64,000 bases of DNA, taken from NCBI GenBank assembly GCA_018238155.1, contig JABCTZ010000045.1:1-64000 (forward strand), in the 5' to 3' direction. Of the stretch, positions 18,693 to 29,327 are shown one piece after another. The DNA is from Candidatus Heimdallarchaeota archaeon (GTDB lineage Archaea > Asgardarchaeota > Heimdallarchaeia > JABLTI01). Both the position numbers and the translations under genes were made by a program. Position 1 is the first letter of the stretch; each line of letters opens with the position of its first letter. The notes below the pieces were generated by a model. The model saw nothing but the letters and a program-made list of their open reading frames with translations, searched no databases and had not been told where the DNA came from.

Positions 18693-19691
18693 TTGGATGG
18701 TTATATGCGCATGCTTTGGGCTGAAAAATATCGACCTCACTTACTTAAAGATATTGTTAATCAACAAGAAATTAAAAATCGTTTGAAAGGATTTATTGAT
18801 GCAAAAACAATGCCTCATTTACTTTTTGCTGGACCACCGGGGACAGGTAAGACCTCTACAGCATTAGTATTAATCAATGAATTACTTGGTGATTTCGATG
18901 TTTTTGGTCGTAAGGAAGACAGTCTTCGAACTAATGTTCCCTATCTCGAGTTAAATGCTAGTGACGAAAGAGGGATTAATATTGTCAGAGAACGCATAAA
19001 GAACTTTGCTCATTTAATGGCAATTAATGCCCCATTTAGAGTTATTGTTCTTGATGAAGCTGATTCAATGACTTCTGATGCTCAACATGCTCTTCGTCGT
19101 ACGATGGAAAAATATAGTTCTACTTGTCGTTTCATTCTAATTTGTAATTACAGTTCTAAAATCATTGAGCCCATTCAATCTCGTTGTGCTGTTTTTCGTT
19201 TTGCCCCACTTAGCCAGAAGGATGCCAAAAAGTATCTACAAAAAATTATCAAGACAGAGAAAATACCTATTACTCCTGAAGCAACCGATGCAGTCATTTA
19301 TGTTTCTGAAGGAGATCTTCGTCGAGCAACAAATATCCTACAATCGGCAGCAATTGCAGGAAAAGAAATATCTGAAGATGATATCTATAAGGCGACTGGT
19401 AAAGCCCAACCTCAAGAAATTCGTAAAATGATTAAATATGCAATTACCGGTGCGTTCAAGGAATCTCGAAAGCTTCTTCTTGAGTTGATAATCAAACAAG
19501 GTCTTTCTGCGCAAGATATTCTTAAACAAATCCATCGTGAAACTACAGTTATGACTGACATTGATGATAGAACTAAAGTTGAAATGATCAAGATGATTGG
19601 TGAAATCGATTTCCGCTTAACTGAAGGATCAAATCCTGAAATCCAATTATCGGCTCTTTTAGCTCATTTAGTTGGATTAAAATTGGAATAA
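18693..19691 (+). CDS. rfcS: Replication factor C small subunit
   Basis: WAEKYRP, GPPGTGKT, ELNASDERG, LDEAD, QSRC; no intein. Confidence 0.95.
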   Translation: MDGYMRMLWAEKYRPHLLKDIVNQQEIKNRLKGFIDAKTMPHLLFAGPPGTGKTSTALVLINELLGDFDVFGRKEDSLRTNVPYLELNASDERGINIVRERIKNFAHLMAINAPFRVIVLDEADSMTSDAQHALRRTMEKYSSTCRFILICNYSSKIIEPIQSRCAVFRFAPLSQKDAKKYLQKIIKTEKIPITPEATDAVIYVSEGDLRRATNILQSAAIAGKEISEDDIYKATGKAQPQEIRKMIKYAITGAFKESRKLLLELIIKQGLSAQDILKQIHRETTVMTDIDDRTKVEMIKMIGEIDFRLTEGSNPEIQLSALLAHLVGLKLE

Positions 19692-19719
19692 AAAAATAAG
19701 AGGAAATGATTTCTTGAAA

Positions 19720-21027
19720 TCATGTTCCTTCATTAAATCCTGTTAGATATTCTTTTTGTTCTTCTGTGAGTGGTTGTAGGATAATATTGTGTGATTCAAG
19801 GGCCATTCTTGCAACGTAATCATCTAATCCTGCTGGAACGTCAATTACTTTTATAGGTAATTTTTTTCCATTTTTCGCTAAAAATTCTAATGCAAGCGCT
19901 TGAATAGCAAATGAACCATCCATAATTTCTAATGGATGTCCTTGTCCTGCAGGTCTTGCGAGATTAACTAAACGCCCTTTTGATAGAAGATAAATGAGTT
20001 TCCCATCTTTCATCTGATATTCTTGACAATTCTCATTTATTTCCTTGACATTTGCTGCCATCTTCTCTAAACCGTTAATATCAATTTCTAAATCAAAATG
20101 TCCTGCGTTAGCTAGCATCGCACCATCTTTCATTTTTTTGATGTGTTTTGCATCAATGACCTTCTTATCACCTGTTACGGTAATAAAGAGATCACCAATT
20201 AGAGCGGCATCGTCCATACTCATTACTTCGAATCCTTCATACAAAGCTTCTAGTCCTTTGTGCCATCCTGACGGTTCAGATTCATCTGCATATGGCATCC
20301 TGTCTCCTGCTTCAACAACGATTGTTCTTGCACCCATACCTCGAGCTCTTATCGCTAAGCCTTTCCCACACCAACCATATCCAACAATAACAACATTTTT
20401 TCCAGCAATCAAACTGTTTGTAATTGACATGATGGCATTTAGTGCAGATTGACCTGTTCCGAATCTATTATCAAACAAATGTTTAGAATAAGCACCATTG
20501 GCATTTGTTATTGGAAATTTCAATGCGTTTTCTTTTTCCATCGCCTTTAATCGAATGATTCCAGTTGTAGTTTCTTCACTAGCTCCAATAACATGCTCAA
20601 TTAATTCTTGCCTTTTGAAGTGAATAATATTTATTAAATCAGCACCATCATCTATTAGCAGATTTGGTTTTGAGTCCAAAACGCTATTGAGATTTTGGTA
20701 ATATTCTTCTGTGTTTTGATTTGCCCATGCAAATACCTCAATACCGTCAAATTGAGTTAATGCTGCTGCAACACGATCATCTGTTGTTAGAGGGTTACAG
20801 CTTGCTACTCGAACAGTAGCTCCGCCTGCACGAAGAGTTCTAATCAACTGACCTGTTTTTTTCTCTAAATGTAATGCTAAACTAACTCGTAAATTTTTGA
20901 ATGGTAGTTCTTTCTCAAACCGTTTTCTAATAGCATTTAGGACAGGCATGTTTTTCTCTGCCCATTCAAGCTCTTTCATTCCTTCATCTATTAATGATAA
21001 ATCTTTTACTTTACTCAAAAGTATCAC
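19720..21027 (-). CDS. ahcY: Adenosylhomocysteinase
   Basis: SCNPLTT, EETTTG, FDNRFGTGQS, GYGWCGKG, GRLVNL. Confidence 0.95.
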   Translation of the reverse strand: MILLSKVKDLSLIDEGMKELEWAEKNMPVLNAIRKRFEKELPFKNLRVSLALHLEKKTGQLIRTLRAGGATVRVASCNPLTTDDRVAAALTQFDGIEVFAWANQNTEEYYQNLNSVLDSKPNLLIDDGADLINIIHFKRQELIEHVIGASEETTTGIIRLKAMEKENALKFPITNANGAYSKHLFDNRFGTGQSALNAIMSITNSLIAGKNVVIVGYGWCGKGLAIRARGMGARTIVVEAGDRMPYADESEPSGWHKGLEALYEGFEVMSMDDAALIGDLFITVTGDKKVIDAKHIKKMKDGAMLANAGHFDLEIDINGLEKMAANVKEINENCQEYQMKDGKLIYLLSKGRLVNLARPAGQGHPLEIMDGSFAIQALALEFLAKNGKKLPIKVIDVPAGLDDYVARMALESHNIILQPLTEEQKEYLTGFNEGT

Positions 21028-21180
21028 CTATTACAAAAAGAAATAATTAGTTAGTATATTAGTTTTTGGCGAACTTCACAATAAAAGGAATATAAGAAGA
21101 GGATGAGAGGGATTAGATAGATTAATCTCTCATCAAATTTTTTTATTTATCCAACCTATACATATTAGGGAGAAAAGTTT

Positions 21181-21333
21181 TTAGGATTCAGATCTTGACC
21201 AGAGTTCATCTCGAAGCAAATCTCGAATTGCTACCCGTATAATTTCACTTTTATTTGGATATTTCTTAGATTTCACTAGCTCTTCTAATCCATCAAGGAA
21301 CCCTTCTGGAACATGTACTGTTAGTAGTCTCAT
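21181..21333 (-). CDS. Ribbon-helix-helix regulator (CopG/CdrS-like), 50 aa, not in ORF track
   Basis: MRLLTVHVPEGFLDGLEELVKSKKYPNKSEIIRVAIRDLL; GAGGTG RBS. Confidence 0.85.
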   Translation of the reverse strand: MRLLTVHVPEGFLDGLEELVKSKKYPNKSEIIRVAIRDLLRDELWSRSES

Positions 21334-21489
21334 CAAATTTTTTTTACACCTCGGCAAGAGAGCACCATAGCAATCGATTATTCATTTCAAAAGACTCACC
21401 TGCTCTTTTGAGGAAATCGTTATGTATTCCCTAGGCATTCTCTAGATATTGCTTGAAGATATATCTCTATTAAAAAGAACAGTAGGTCT

Positions 21490-21511
21490 AGAGTACTACC
21501 AGAGTATTACC
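21490..21511. promoter_or_regulatory. Tandem 11-bp repeat, candidate RHH operator
   Basis: AGAGTACTACC-AGAGTATTACC immediately upstream of a minus-strand TATA-like TTTTAATA. Confidence 0.4.
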
Positions 21512-21546
21512 ATTTGAATTTCCTTTCAGAAAATATTTTGCGAGAA

Positions 21547-21876
21547 TCAAAAAGAATCTTTTGCTTGAAAGTATTCTTCAAGCTTAGATAGAATAGCTTC
21601 TTCATCCTTAGAAATCAAACCATCTTCTAAAGCTAATTTTCGAACATTTGCTATTAAACGATCTTTAAAACAATCAGTTTTTAATGCTTCTGTAATCCCA
21701 CCGTCATCCTCAATGCATTTAGCTACTTCTTTTTCAAAAGCCCTAATATCAATCTCAATTTGAGAGAGTAAAAGAGATTCTTCCGGAGAAATTACCTCGT
21801 CCTCCATTGCTTGTTTCATTACTGCATCGAATAAGCTACTAAGGAATGGTTTGAATAATTCTTTATAGGCCATCAT
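21547..21876 (-). CDS. Small acidic helical protein (TerB/EF-hand-like loops)
   Basis: Two D..IS.EE repeats. Confidence 0.65.
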   Translation of the reverse strand: MMAYKELFKPFLSSLFDAVMKQAMEDEVISPEESLLLSQIEIDIRAFEKEVAKCIEDDGGITEALKTDCFKDRLIANVRKLALEDGLISKDEEAILSKLEEYFQAKDSF

Positions 21877-21970
21877 CCAACAACTCTGTATTCCATTTAC
21901 TTTCTACTCTTTTGTATGTTTTGATTCAAGTTATAACTATTTTTGAAATTGCTATTACAAGTATTTTAAG

Positions 21971-22357
21971 CTATTTTTTCAAGGCAATTGCTTCAATCTC
22001 TACTCCAACGTCTTTTGGTAAACGAGCAACCTCAACAGCAGCTCTTGCTGGAGGATTATCTTTAAAGAATTCGGCATATTTTGCATTCATTTCACTAAAG
22101 GTATCCATATCCTTCAAGAAGACAGTGCATTTCACAACATCGTCCAATGTGGCTCCAGCTGCTTCAAGAACAGCTTTTACATTGATAAGTGATTGTTCAG
22201 TTTGGTCAGTGATCGTTCCTTCAATCATCTTACCGGTTTTAGAATTAAATGGAATCTGACCAGACACGAAAATTAGATTTCCAGCAATAGTACCTTGTGA
22301 ATATGGACCAATTGCTGCAGGTGCATTATCTGTTTTAATAATTACTTTATTAGTCAT
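21971..22357 (-). CDS. ridA: RidA family enamine/imine deaminase
   Basis: [26 protein letters not shown]...VEIEAIA. Confidence 0.93.
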   Translation of the reverse strand: MTNKVIIKTDNAPAAIGPYSQGTIAGNLIFVSGQIPFNSKTGKMIEGTITDQTEQSLINVKAVLEAAGATLDDVVKCTVFLKDMDTFSEMNAKYAEFFKDNPPARAAVEVARLPKDVGVEIEAIALKK

Positions 22358-22526
22358 GATGGTTCATCTCTACTTGCTACAATATAGTATTACATTAGTA
22401 TTTTTTTGCTGTTATTGCTGTTTGTTTTTCTTTTTGAATAAAGATTTTTGCCTCATTGACTATTAAAATTATAAAGGTTTAAAAGGGAAGTTAATCAAAC
22501 TCAATTATATTTGGTGAGTTATCAAT

Positions 22527-23309
22527 ATGGATATGTGGCTTATAGCAATAATTGTAATAGTGTGCATTTTATTATTTTTTCTTATCCTCTTTTTATTAGG
22601 AGGAATTAAGATTGCTTTGGAATATGAACGAATAGTTATTTTTCGTTTAGGAAGATATGTTCGAACTATCGGACCTGGTATGGTTTACATTACGCCATTC
22701 TTTGAAAAAGGTCGAAAAGTGGACATGCGAATAATTACACAAGATATCCCACGTCAAGAAGTAATGACTCGAGACAATATCCCTGTATTAGTTAATACAG
22801 TAGTTTACTTCAAAGTTGAAAATCCACAAGATGCAGTAATTAAAATAGAAAATTACGTGTATGCAGTCAGACAATACACACAAGCAGCATTAAGAGATAC
22901 TACTGGTACAATGGAATTAGATCAAGTACTAACTGAACGCGATAGGATTGCTGAAGATATTAGAGAAATTGTTGATAAAGAAACCAATGAATGGGGAATT
23001 GATATTAAAGCTATCAAAATCCAAGAACTCGAATTGCCTGCAGAAATGAAAAGAGCATTTGCTATGCAAGCGGAAGCCGAAAGAGAAAAACGAGCAATAA
23101 TCATTAAAGCAGAAGGTGAAATGATTGCTGCCGCAAAGTTCGCTGCCGCTGCAAAAGAAATGGCTACAGCACCAGGTTCTCTTCAATTAAGAACATTGCA
23201 GACAATAAGGGACATAGCTCAAGACCCTAGTGAAAAAATCATTATCTTTATGCCAAATGATCTAACTGATGTAGCTTCAAAAGTCATCAGAAGAGCTTCT
23301 AAGAAATAA
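22527..23309 (+). CDS. Stomatin/slipin SPFH protein
   Basis: N-terminal TM, EYERIVIFRLG, QAEAEREKRA, LQLRTLQT. Confidence 0.93.
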   Translation: MDMWLIAIIVIVCILLFFLILFLLGGIKIALEYERIVIFRLGRYVRTIGPGMVYITPFFEKGRKVDMRIITQDIPRQEVMTRDNIPVLVNTVVYFKVENPQDAVIKIENYVYAVRQYTQAALRDTTGTMELDQVLTERDRIAEDIREIVDKETNEWGIDIKAIKIQELELPAEMKRAFAMQAEAEREKRAIIIKAEGEMIAAAKFAAAAKEMATAPGSLQLRTLQTIRDIAQDPSEKIIIFMPNDLTDVASKVIRRASKK

Positions 23310-23323
23310 GAGAGGTGATTTGA

Positions 23324-23995
23324 TTGTCAATAGAACGCAATACAAGATATCTGCAATTTGCGTTTAATGGTTCAATGCAACAAGTACGAAGAGTACTTCC
23401 ATCCATACAATATGACCCAAGAATCATCATTGAAGCTGGAACTCCGTACATCAAGCAATTTGGTATGCCTGGTGTACGATTGATTAGAAGATTATGGAAA
23501 GGTATGGTTGTGGCAGATCTAAAGGTTACCGATGGGGCTATAGAAGAAGTGCAATTTGCAGCGAGAGCAGGAGCTAATGCCGTTACTGTAATGGGTTCTG
23601 CACCTACAGAAACATTGGACTTTTTCAATGAATATAGTGCAAAATTGGGTCTTTATTCAATGATAGATATGCTCGGTGTAGATAATCCTCTAAGAAAACT
23701 TTTGCCATTAAAGCATAAACCCAACTTTGTAGTTATACACAAAGGACGAGATGAAGAAACAAATAGACGAAGTATAATTCGTTACAAAGATATATCGAAA
23801 ATTCGATCAAAGTACGATGTCTTTATCTCAGTCGCTGGAGGATTAGATGTGGCAAATATACGAAAAGTATATTTCAATGGTGCAGATGTCACAATATTAA
23901 ACATTGTAACGAGTACAGCTCAGAATACTGGCGTGGTTGATACTACAAACTTTCGGCAATTAATTCCCAAATTATTATTAGAAGTAGGGAAATAA
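23324..23995 (+). CDS. Hexulose-6-phosphate synthase-like (HUMPS/OMPDC family)
   Basis: IEAGTP.IK, VADLK..DG, VAGGL. Confidence 0.8.
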   Translation: MSIERNTRYLQFAFNGSMQQVRRVLPSIQYDPRIIIEAGTPYIKQFGMPGVRLIRRLWKGMVVADLKVTDGAIEEVQFAARAGANAVTVMGSAPTETLDFFNEYSAKLGLYSMIDMLGVDNPLRKLLPLKHKPNFVVIHKGRDEETNRRSIIRYKDISKIRSKYDVFISVAGGLDVANIRKVYFNGADVTILNIVTSTAQNTGVVDTTNFRQLIPKLLLEVGK

Positions 23996-24058
23996 ATCAA
24001 CCTTGGGAAATCCTTCCCGAGATTTTTTCTAACCAATTTTTATAATTAGAAAAGTATT

Positions 24059-24166
24059 TGGTGACCGAGAAGGGATTTGAACCCTTGATCACTGCCATAT
24101 TGGCAGAAATGGACTCATCCATCCTTGTCCCCAAGGCAGAATCATACCAATCTAGACCACCCGGCC
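24059..24166 (-). tRNA. tRNA-Pro(GGG) with 31-nt intron at 37/38 (24098-24128)
   Basis: Cloverleaf; anticodon stem CTGCC/GGCAG with loop TT-GGG-G^T; canonical bulge-helix-bulge (TTGG/CCAA); encoded CCA. Confidence 0.93.
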
Positions 24167-24231
24167 ATTCTTAGTTGTTTTTTTTTACTTTAAAATTAAA
24201 AAGCTTTTCTCTTTTTTGATGTTGTTGGGTT

Positions 24232-24906
24232 TCATTGAATTAATTCTATATCAATCAATTTTTTACATTCTATTTGAGCATTTGCTAATAAAATGCTTAT
24301 TTTTTCCTTATTATCTTCGTTATGGTAAAATCCATAGTCGATTGTTTTCTTAATTAGTCTACTAAAATGAGAGTTGTTATTAATCAGTGGTAAAAATCTA
24401 TTCACATACCAATAAACGTAGTTTTGTAACTTTGGAAAACCGGGGTAAGAAATCATTGGTTTTTTATAAAATTCTTTTAACCATAAAAAGTTAGTTTTAG
24501 GATTATTTTTCAAAAGATGTTCATAGATAAACAAATCTAATCCAATTTCTCTTCCAAGATGTTTTTTTGCTGTATTGAAATAACGTCTTACTCCTTCATC
24601 CTTAATTATCTCAGGGCATAATGGATTATTATCTAAGAAAAATGGTCCTTCATGGATTAGTTCATCACATACTAAATGCAATTTCCATCCCAACACATAT
24701 GCCTTGCATCTTTGACTCTCTTTTTTGTAAAACAGTTTTGGTGGGTTTTTTTGATGATTGAAAATTTTTAATTTCGGAGAAAAAAGTTGGAAATATCCTG
24801 CATCCGGACTCCAACTTCCAACAATCATTGGTTTTATGATCTCTTCCAGAGACAATCCTTCTGGTAATATTTTCAATATTGAGAACATATGTGCAAGAAA
24901 GTACAT
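24232..24906 (-). CDS. Zn-dependent phospholipase C-like protein
   Basis: N-terminal H, GS..PD, GW..HL..D...H. Confidence 0.6.
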   Translation of the reverse strand: MYFLAHMFSILKILPEGLSLEEIIKPMIVGSWSPDAGYFQLFSPKLKIFNHQKNPPKLFYKKESQRCKAYVLGWKLHLVCDELIHEGPFFLDNNPLCPEIIKDEGVRRYFNTAKKHLGREIGLDLFIYEHLLKNNPKTNFLWLKEFYKKPMISYPGFPKLQNYVYWYVNRFLPLINNNSHFSRLIKKTIDYGFYHNEDNKEKISILLANAQIECKKLIDIELIQ

Positions 24907-25060
24907 GGCTCTACATCATTCTTTTTTGTGTATATCTTCGAGTACTACTCGGACATATATCTGTCTTTAATTTATCCTTGCTATTATTAGTGGTTGTTTA
25001 TTACAAAATTAGTAGTTTAAAAAGGTGTTTTGTAAAGTAATAGTAAAGGTGAACTAAGAC

Positions 25061-25330
25061 TTGTCCTTATTCAGTAAATCTAATTGTGAATATCCCCCTT
25101 CTGCAGAATCCTCCACCCTTCAAATAAAGGACCAAGATAATTGTCTTATTTGTAAGGTTATGCGCATTCGTCATGAAAAAGCCGACCTTGTTAAATGGAT
25201 TTTCTCTTCTGACAAGTCTACTTCTGAGAAGGCAGAACTTGCGTCTTCACTTACAGGCATTACCTTTGATAAGGAAATCATTGAATGCATTCAAGATCCT
25301 GATATCCAAAAATTTCTTTTTTCGAAGTAA
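25061..25330 (+). CDS. Hypothetical protein
   Basis: 89 aa, GGTGA RBS, CxxC. Confidence 0.55.
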   Translation: MSLFSKSNCEYPPSAESSTLQIKDQDNCLICKVMRIRHEKADLVKWIFSSDKSTSEKAELASSLTGITFDKEIIECIQDPDIQKFLFSK

Positions 25331-27424
25331 TCATACCTCATCTTCGAATGACTCCTCTATTTCTGCAGTTAATGATGGCTCCTCTTGAGTTGGTTTCTTT
25401 CGTTTCATTTGAGAGTATATTAACACCCAAGGAATGATTAACGCTACAATTGTACCTAAAATAGATAAGAATATCGCCCAAGGTGGTAAGCTAATTTTCC
25501 CAGTAAAATATAACGTTATAATGAAATTTCCTAGGGGGTATATTCCATCCAAATGAAGTAGAGTTGTATCATTTTCTGCTGTTGGGTTGAATATTTCAAG
25601 TTCATTATTGATGTTTTTCGATCTTGCTTCTAATCCGCTTAATAGTGTTAAATCAGAAAAATTCAATGTCCATGAATACAATTCCACTAAACCTAGTGCA
25701 TTTAATGCAAATTTCAAACTATAAAAATCGAGATTCAAATCATCAATATTGAATTGGAAATCTTCTAATGGAATTGAATAGAACTCTTCGACGTCTTCTG
25801 GTATTGTGATGGGAATAATAACTTCTTCATTATCCATAAACCAATCAAGAACAATTATCTCTCCATTATTGTTAATATTACCAGATACGGTTGCAGAGCC
25901 TGTTATATTGAACATTGGTGTCATTACAAATGATAGTGTATAGTTTAGAATTGTATCCTCCCATAATATTACCGAATTGAGATTTGAATTTGTAGTTAAA
26001 TTTCTTCCAATGAATGTTTTAAATGCAGAAACATTGAGATATTCAGGTATCCCTGCATCTGCTAATGATATTAAATCGGAAGATCCAATCGGAGTTATAA
26101 ATGACAAGCTTCCTCGAAACGCCGCCCAAAAAGTACTTGCTTCAGCAGTTAATTTGATTTTGATGTTGGTTTCATCTCCTGCATTCACGCTCTCTGGTGC
26201 TTCAATGGTGATGTTAATTGGTGATGTCAATCCTACATCCATTAATAAGCTTAGGTTTAGTCCTAAACTTTCATTTCCAAGTAATTGATTTATTTCGAAA
26301 GGTCCAATTGAATGATTGAAATTTAATGAGCCTCTATCAACAACTACATAATCATATGGTGTTGGATTTGGTTTAGCTACCCTCCATGTAAGAATTTCTA
26401 AGCCTTCAGCAAAATCAGCAGCAAAAATAAATTCATTATCAAGTACTAAACTAAATGTTTTGCCGATTTCACTATCAATAAATTGAGCAATTTCCTTTGG
26501 ATTAGTAGGATCTGAAATGTCTAGAATTTCTATACCCTCCATTTCGTCAGCAATATAAAGAAATCCGTTATCTAATTTAACATCCCAAGCTCTTCCAGGG
26601 CCCAAATCTTTATACTGACCAACTATTTTTGGTCTTTTTGGATTGGATATTTGGATGATTTGGATGCCGGTATCTCTTGTAGCCAAATAGGCATATTTTC
26701 CAGAGACCGTTATTCCAACAGCATCTGTTATTCCTTCGTCAATTTCAGCTACCTTCTTGGGATTTTCAATATCCTTTAAATTAACGATTTCTAACCCGGC
26801 ACTTATCCCAGCAGCAATATAAGCATAATTTTCTATAACAAAAACATCAAAAGGATGTCCATCATATTGAGAAATTTCAACTGGGTTTGTTAAATCTGAA
26901 ATATCCAAGATTTCAATGCCACTTGTTCTATCGACAGAATAAACAGTGCTATTATCAATGAAAAGACTCCAGACATTCCCTCCATCATCATATGCACCCA
27001 CTTCAACCATATTAGCTGGATCAGAAATGTCAACTATTTTGAAACCGGCTCTTCCATGAGCTAGAAAAGCATGATTGTCTTTAATTAATAAATCATATAC
27101 ACTTTCATCAGCATCTTGATAGGTTCCAAGAATAGAGATGTTAGTTTTATCTGTAATATTTACCGCAATTAGTCCTTGAATTTCATCTGCAAGAAAAGCA
27201 ATGTTATCTTGTACTGCTACACTCACAACAGCTGTTGCACTACAGAATTCACCAATCTCCTTCAAATTGTAAGAAAATATTTTTTCATCTTCGTCTACAA
27301 ATAACAGAGAATTTTCTATATTAATTGATGAATCCATTTTTGAAATTTGAGCCATTCTAATAAATGAGCTATTGAATAGAAGTATCATAATAAGTATTAC
27401 AAGAATTTTTCTTACGGTGTTCAT
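25331..27424 (-). CDS. LVIVD-repeat surface protein with C-terminal membrane anchor
   Basis: Signal peptide; repeated A.LA....G..I.DISDP.NP.E.G units; C-terminal TM plus basic tail. Confidence 0.88.
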   Translation of the reverse strand: MNTVRKILVILIMILLFNSSFIRMAQISKMDSSINIENSLLFVDEDEKIFSYNLKEIGEFCSATAVVSVAVQDNIAFLADEIQGLIAVNITDKTNISILGTYQDADESVYDLLIKDNHAFLAHGRAGFKIVDISDPANMVEVGAYDDGGNVWSLFIDNSTVYSVDRTSGIEILDISDLTNPVEISQYDGHPFDVFVIENYAYIAAGISAGLEIVNLKDIENPKKVAEIDEGITDAVGITVSGKYAYLATRDTGIQIIQISNPKRPKIVGQYKDLGPGRAWDVKLDNGFLYIADEMEGIEILDISDPTNPKEIAQFIDSEIGKTFSLVLDNEFIFAADFAEGLEILTWRVAKPNPTPYDYVVVDRGSLNFNHSIGPFEINQLLGNESLGLNLSLLMDVGLTSPINITIEAPESVNAGDETNIKIKLTAEASTFWAAFRGSLSFITPIGSSDLISLADAGIPEYLNVSAFKTFIGRNLTTNSNLNSVILWEDTILNYTLSFVMTPMFNITGSATVSGNINNNGEIIVLDWFMDNEEVIIPITIPEDVEEFYSIPLEDFQFNIDDLNLDFYSLKFALNALGLVELYSWTLNFSDLTLLSGLEARSKNINNELEIFNPTAENDTTLLHLDGIYPLGNFIITLYFTGKISLPPWAIFLSILGTIVALIIPWVLIYSQMKRKKPTQEEPSLTAEIEESFEDEV

Positions 27425-27576
27425 TTAGCATTACACCTCTAGGCTTTTCTAAATTTACTATTGCTTGTCTTCTCATTTTAATTTATGTATTCATTTTTCA
27501 TCATTCTTTCTCTGCTTTTTTATCATTTTTCAAGGCTTTAAATAGTCTAGTTAAAACTCTCTATTGAGAGTCGATT

Positions 27577-28338
27577 ATGTTGATGACATCATTCAATTTA
27601 TTCACATCCATTTCTTGGATAATTACAGGGTTTGTTTCTGCAATACTTAGTACTTTATTTTTAAGTAAAAATCCTAGAAAAAGGCTAAACCAATTATTCT
27701 CTATCGGATTTATCTTTTGGTCACTTTCAATGTTATTAAATGGGATAAATTTTGCAGTTGCTTATGAATCCCTCACAGCAGCAAATGTATTTAGAGATCT
27801 TAGTGTTATTCTTGGAATCTTCAGTGCATTCACGCTTTTTGCAGCAGCTATAGGAATTTATTATGGTCCCAACACAGTAAATTGGATTTTACTTATTATA
27901 TTAGCAGCTATTGCTGCCACTCTTTCAGGATTAGGTGCAGCAAATGATTGGGTTACTTTAGATGGTTTAGGTGGTTTCAAAACTACTGATAATCTTCTTG
28001 GCAAAATTTGCATTCAAATAGTAACAGCTATTTTTGTTATATCGGCAAATGTTTTCCTTTTCTTAACCTATCGTTCATCGGAGAATCCAAAAGCAAAACG
28101 AAGAGTAGGCTTTTTCGTTGTAGGTTATTCTACAATAATTATTGGTTTGTTAATGTATGTAATTGACACTTTTGTCAATATCTCACCATATGTATTTCCT
28201 ACTTTCGCTCAAATTGCTTGGGTCGCAGGACCAATCTTAATGCTTGTTGGCTTCTATGTCAAAACAGAAGCTGATACACCATCTCACCCCAAAGATGGTT
28301 TTCTAAAAAATGAGACACAGCCCCTCTCTTCTCAATAA
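27577..28338 (+). CDS. 7-TM membrane protein (HisKA_7TM-like sensor domain, stand-alone)
   Basis: About 7 hydrophobic helices; KNP...LNQLF motif. Confidence 0.7.
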   Translation: MLMTSFNLFTSISWIITGFVSAILSTLFLSKNPRKRLNQLFSIGFIFWSLSMLLNGINFAVAYESLTAANVFRDLSVILGIFSAFTLFAAAIGIYYGPNTVNWILLIILAAIAATLSGLGAANDWVTLDGLGGFKTTDNLLGKICIQIVTAIFVISANVFLFLTYRSSENPKAKRRVGFFVVGYSTIIIGLLMYVIDTFVNISPYVFPTFAQIAWVAGPILMLVGFYVKTEADTPSHPKDGFLKNETQPLSSQ

Positions 28339-28472
28339 GAGCAGAACATCAAAAGACCCTCTTTGAGACCTTATAAGCCCTATTGTAAGGTCTCTCCTTC
28401 TTATCTCTATGAAAATAGAAATAGCATTAGAGGATTGAATATCATTCTTTTTTTCTCGTAATAGCTATCTAT

Positions 28473-29327
28473 TTAGCTCATCAATATTTTAGTCGTTATG
28501 AATACAGCGTTTTCTGCATCTTTGCGTGAAGGACGGTAGTTCTCATGTTCGATTCTATTTAAGATCAAATTAACAAATTTGAAATCCTTTAGAGCTTCTA
28601 ATCCTTTAGCAACACCTTTGTCGATAAGCATGCCAAGTGTTAATTGTTCATCAAACAGACCCATTCTTACTCTTAATTCAGCTTCTACACTATGACCACA
28701 TTCTTTTATACATTCACGATGACTTCCTTCATCAAGTAACAATTCATATGTGGTTTTTGATGGAAGATCTACTTTCTCTTGAGGAGGAGTTTCTTTTGGT
28801 TTACTTGGTTTGGGGGGAGGAGGAGGTATAGTAACAGTTTTCTTTGGTTGATCATGAGAATCGGTTTCACCCCTCATCATTTTAGCAGTCATATCATCTT
28901 TTGGAGGAGGTACTGTTTTTTCTTTTGGAGGGGGTGGTGGTGAAGGAGCTTTATCTTTAGGCGGAGGAGGTAATGGGATATGCTTTTTTTTGGAAGGCGG
29001 TGGAGGAAGAGGAGGCTTATCTTTTGGAGAAGGCGGTCGACTACTTTTCTTTGGAGTGCTTGGTAGATCATTAGCTAAATCAACGTTAGTTGGAGGACCT
29101 GAAATAAGAAGTCTAATCTCTTTTGCGCGTTTAATATACTCCTTGGCCTTTACATAATAACTATCACGTATTTTTCGTGTTTTTTCCATAGCGATTAGCT
29201 GATTCAAGAGTTCAGCCGATTCCAAGAATAATTCAAAAGCAGTAGTGAAATTTCCACTTCTTTCAGCTCGTATTGCTTTATTAGCGGTTTTTTTAACACG
29301 ATCAAAAAGGTATTTTGTTTGGGACAT
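28473..29327 (-). CDS. MIT-domain protein with polyproline linker and C-terminal helical domain
   Basis: A.KAIRAERSGNF..AF.LF...AELL...Y.KRA matches the Vps4-type MIT pattern; multiple PPPP tracts. Confidence 0.8.
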   Translation of the reverse strand: MSQTKYLFDRVKKTANKAIRAERSGNFTTAFELFLESAELLNQLIAMEKTRKIRDSYYVKAKEYIKRAKEIRLLISGPPTNVDLANDLPSTPKKSSRPPSPKDKPPLPPPPSKKKHIPLPPPPKDKAPSPPPPPKEKTVPPPKDDMTAKMMRGETDSHDQPKKTVTIPPPPPKPSKPKETPPQEKVDLPSKTTYELLLDEGSHRECIKECGHSVEAELRVRMGLFDEQLTLGMLIDKGVAKGLEALKDFKFVNLILNRIEHENYRPSRKDAENAVFITTKILMS

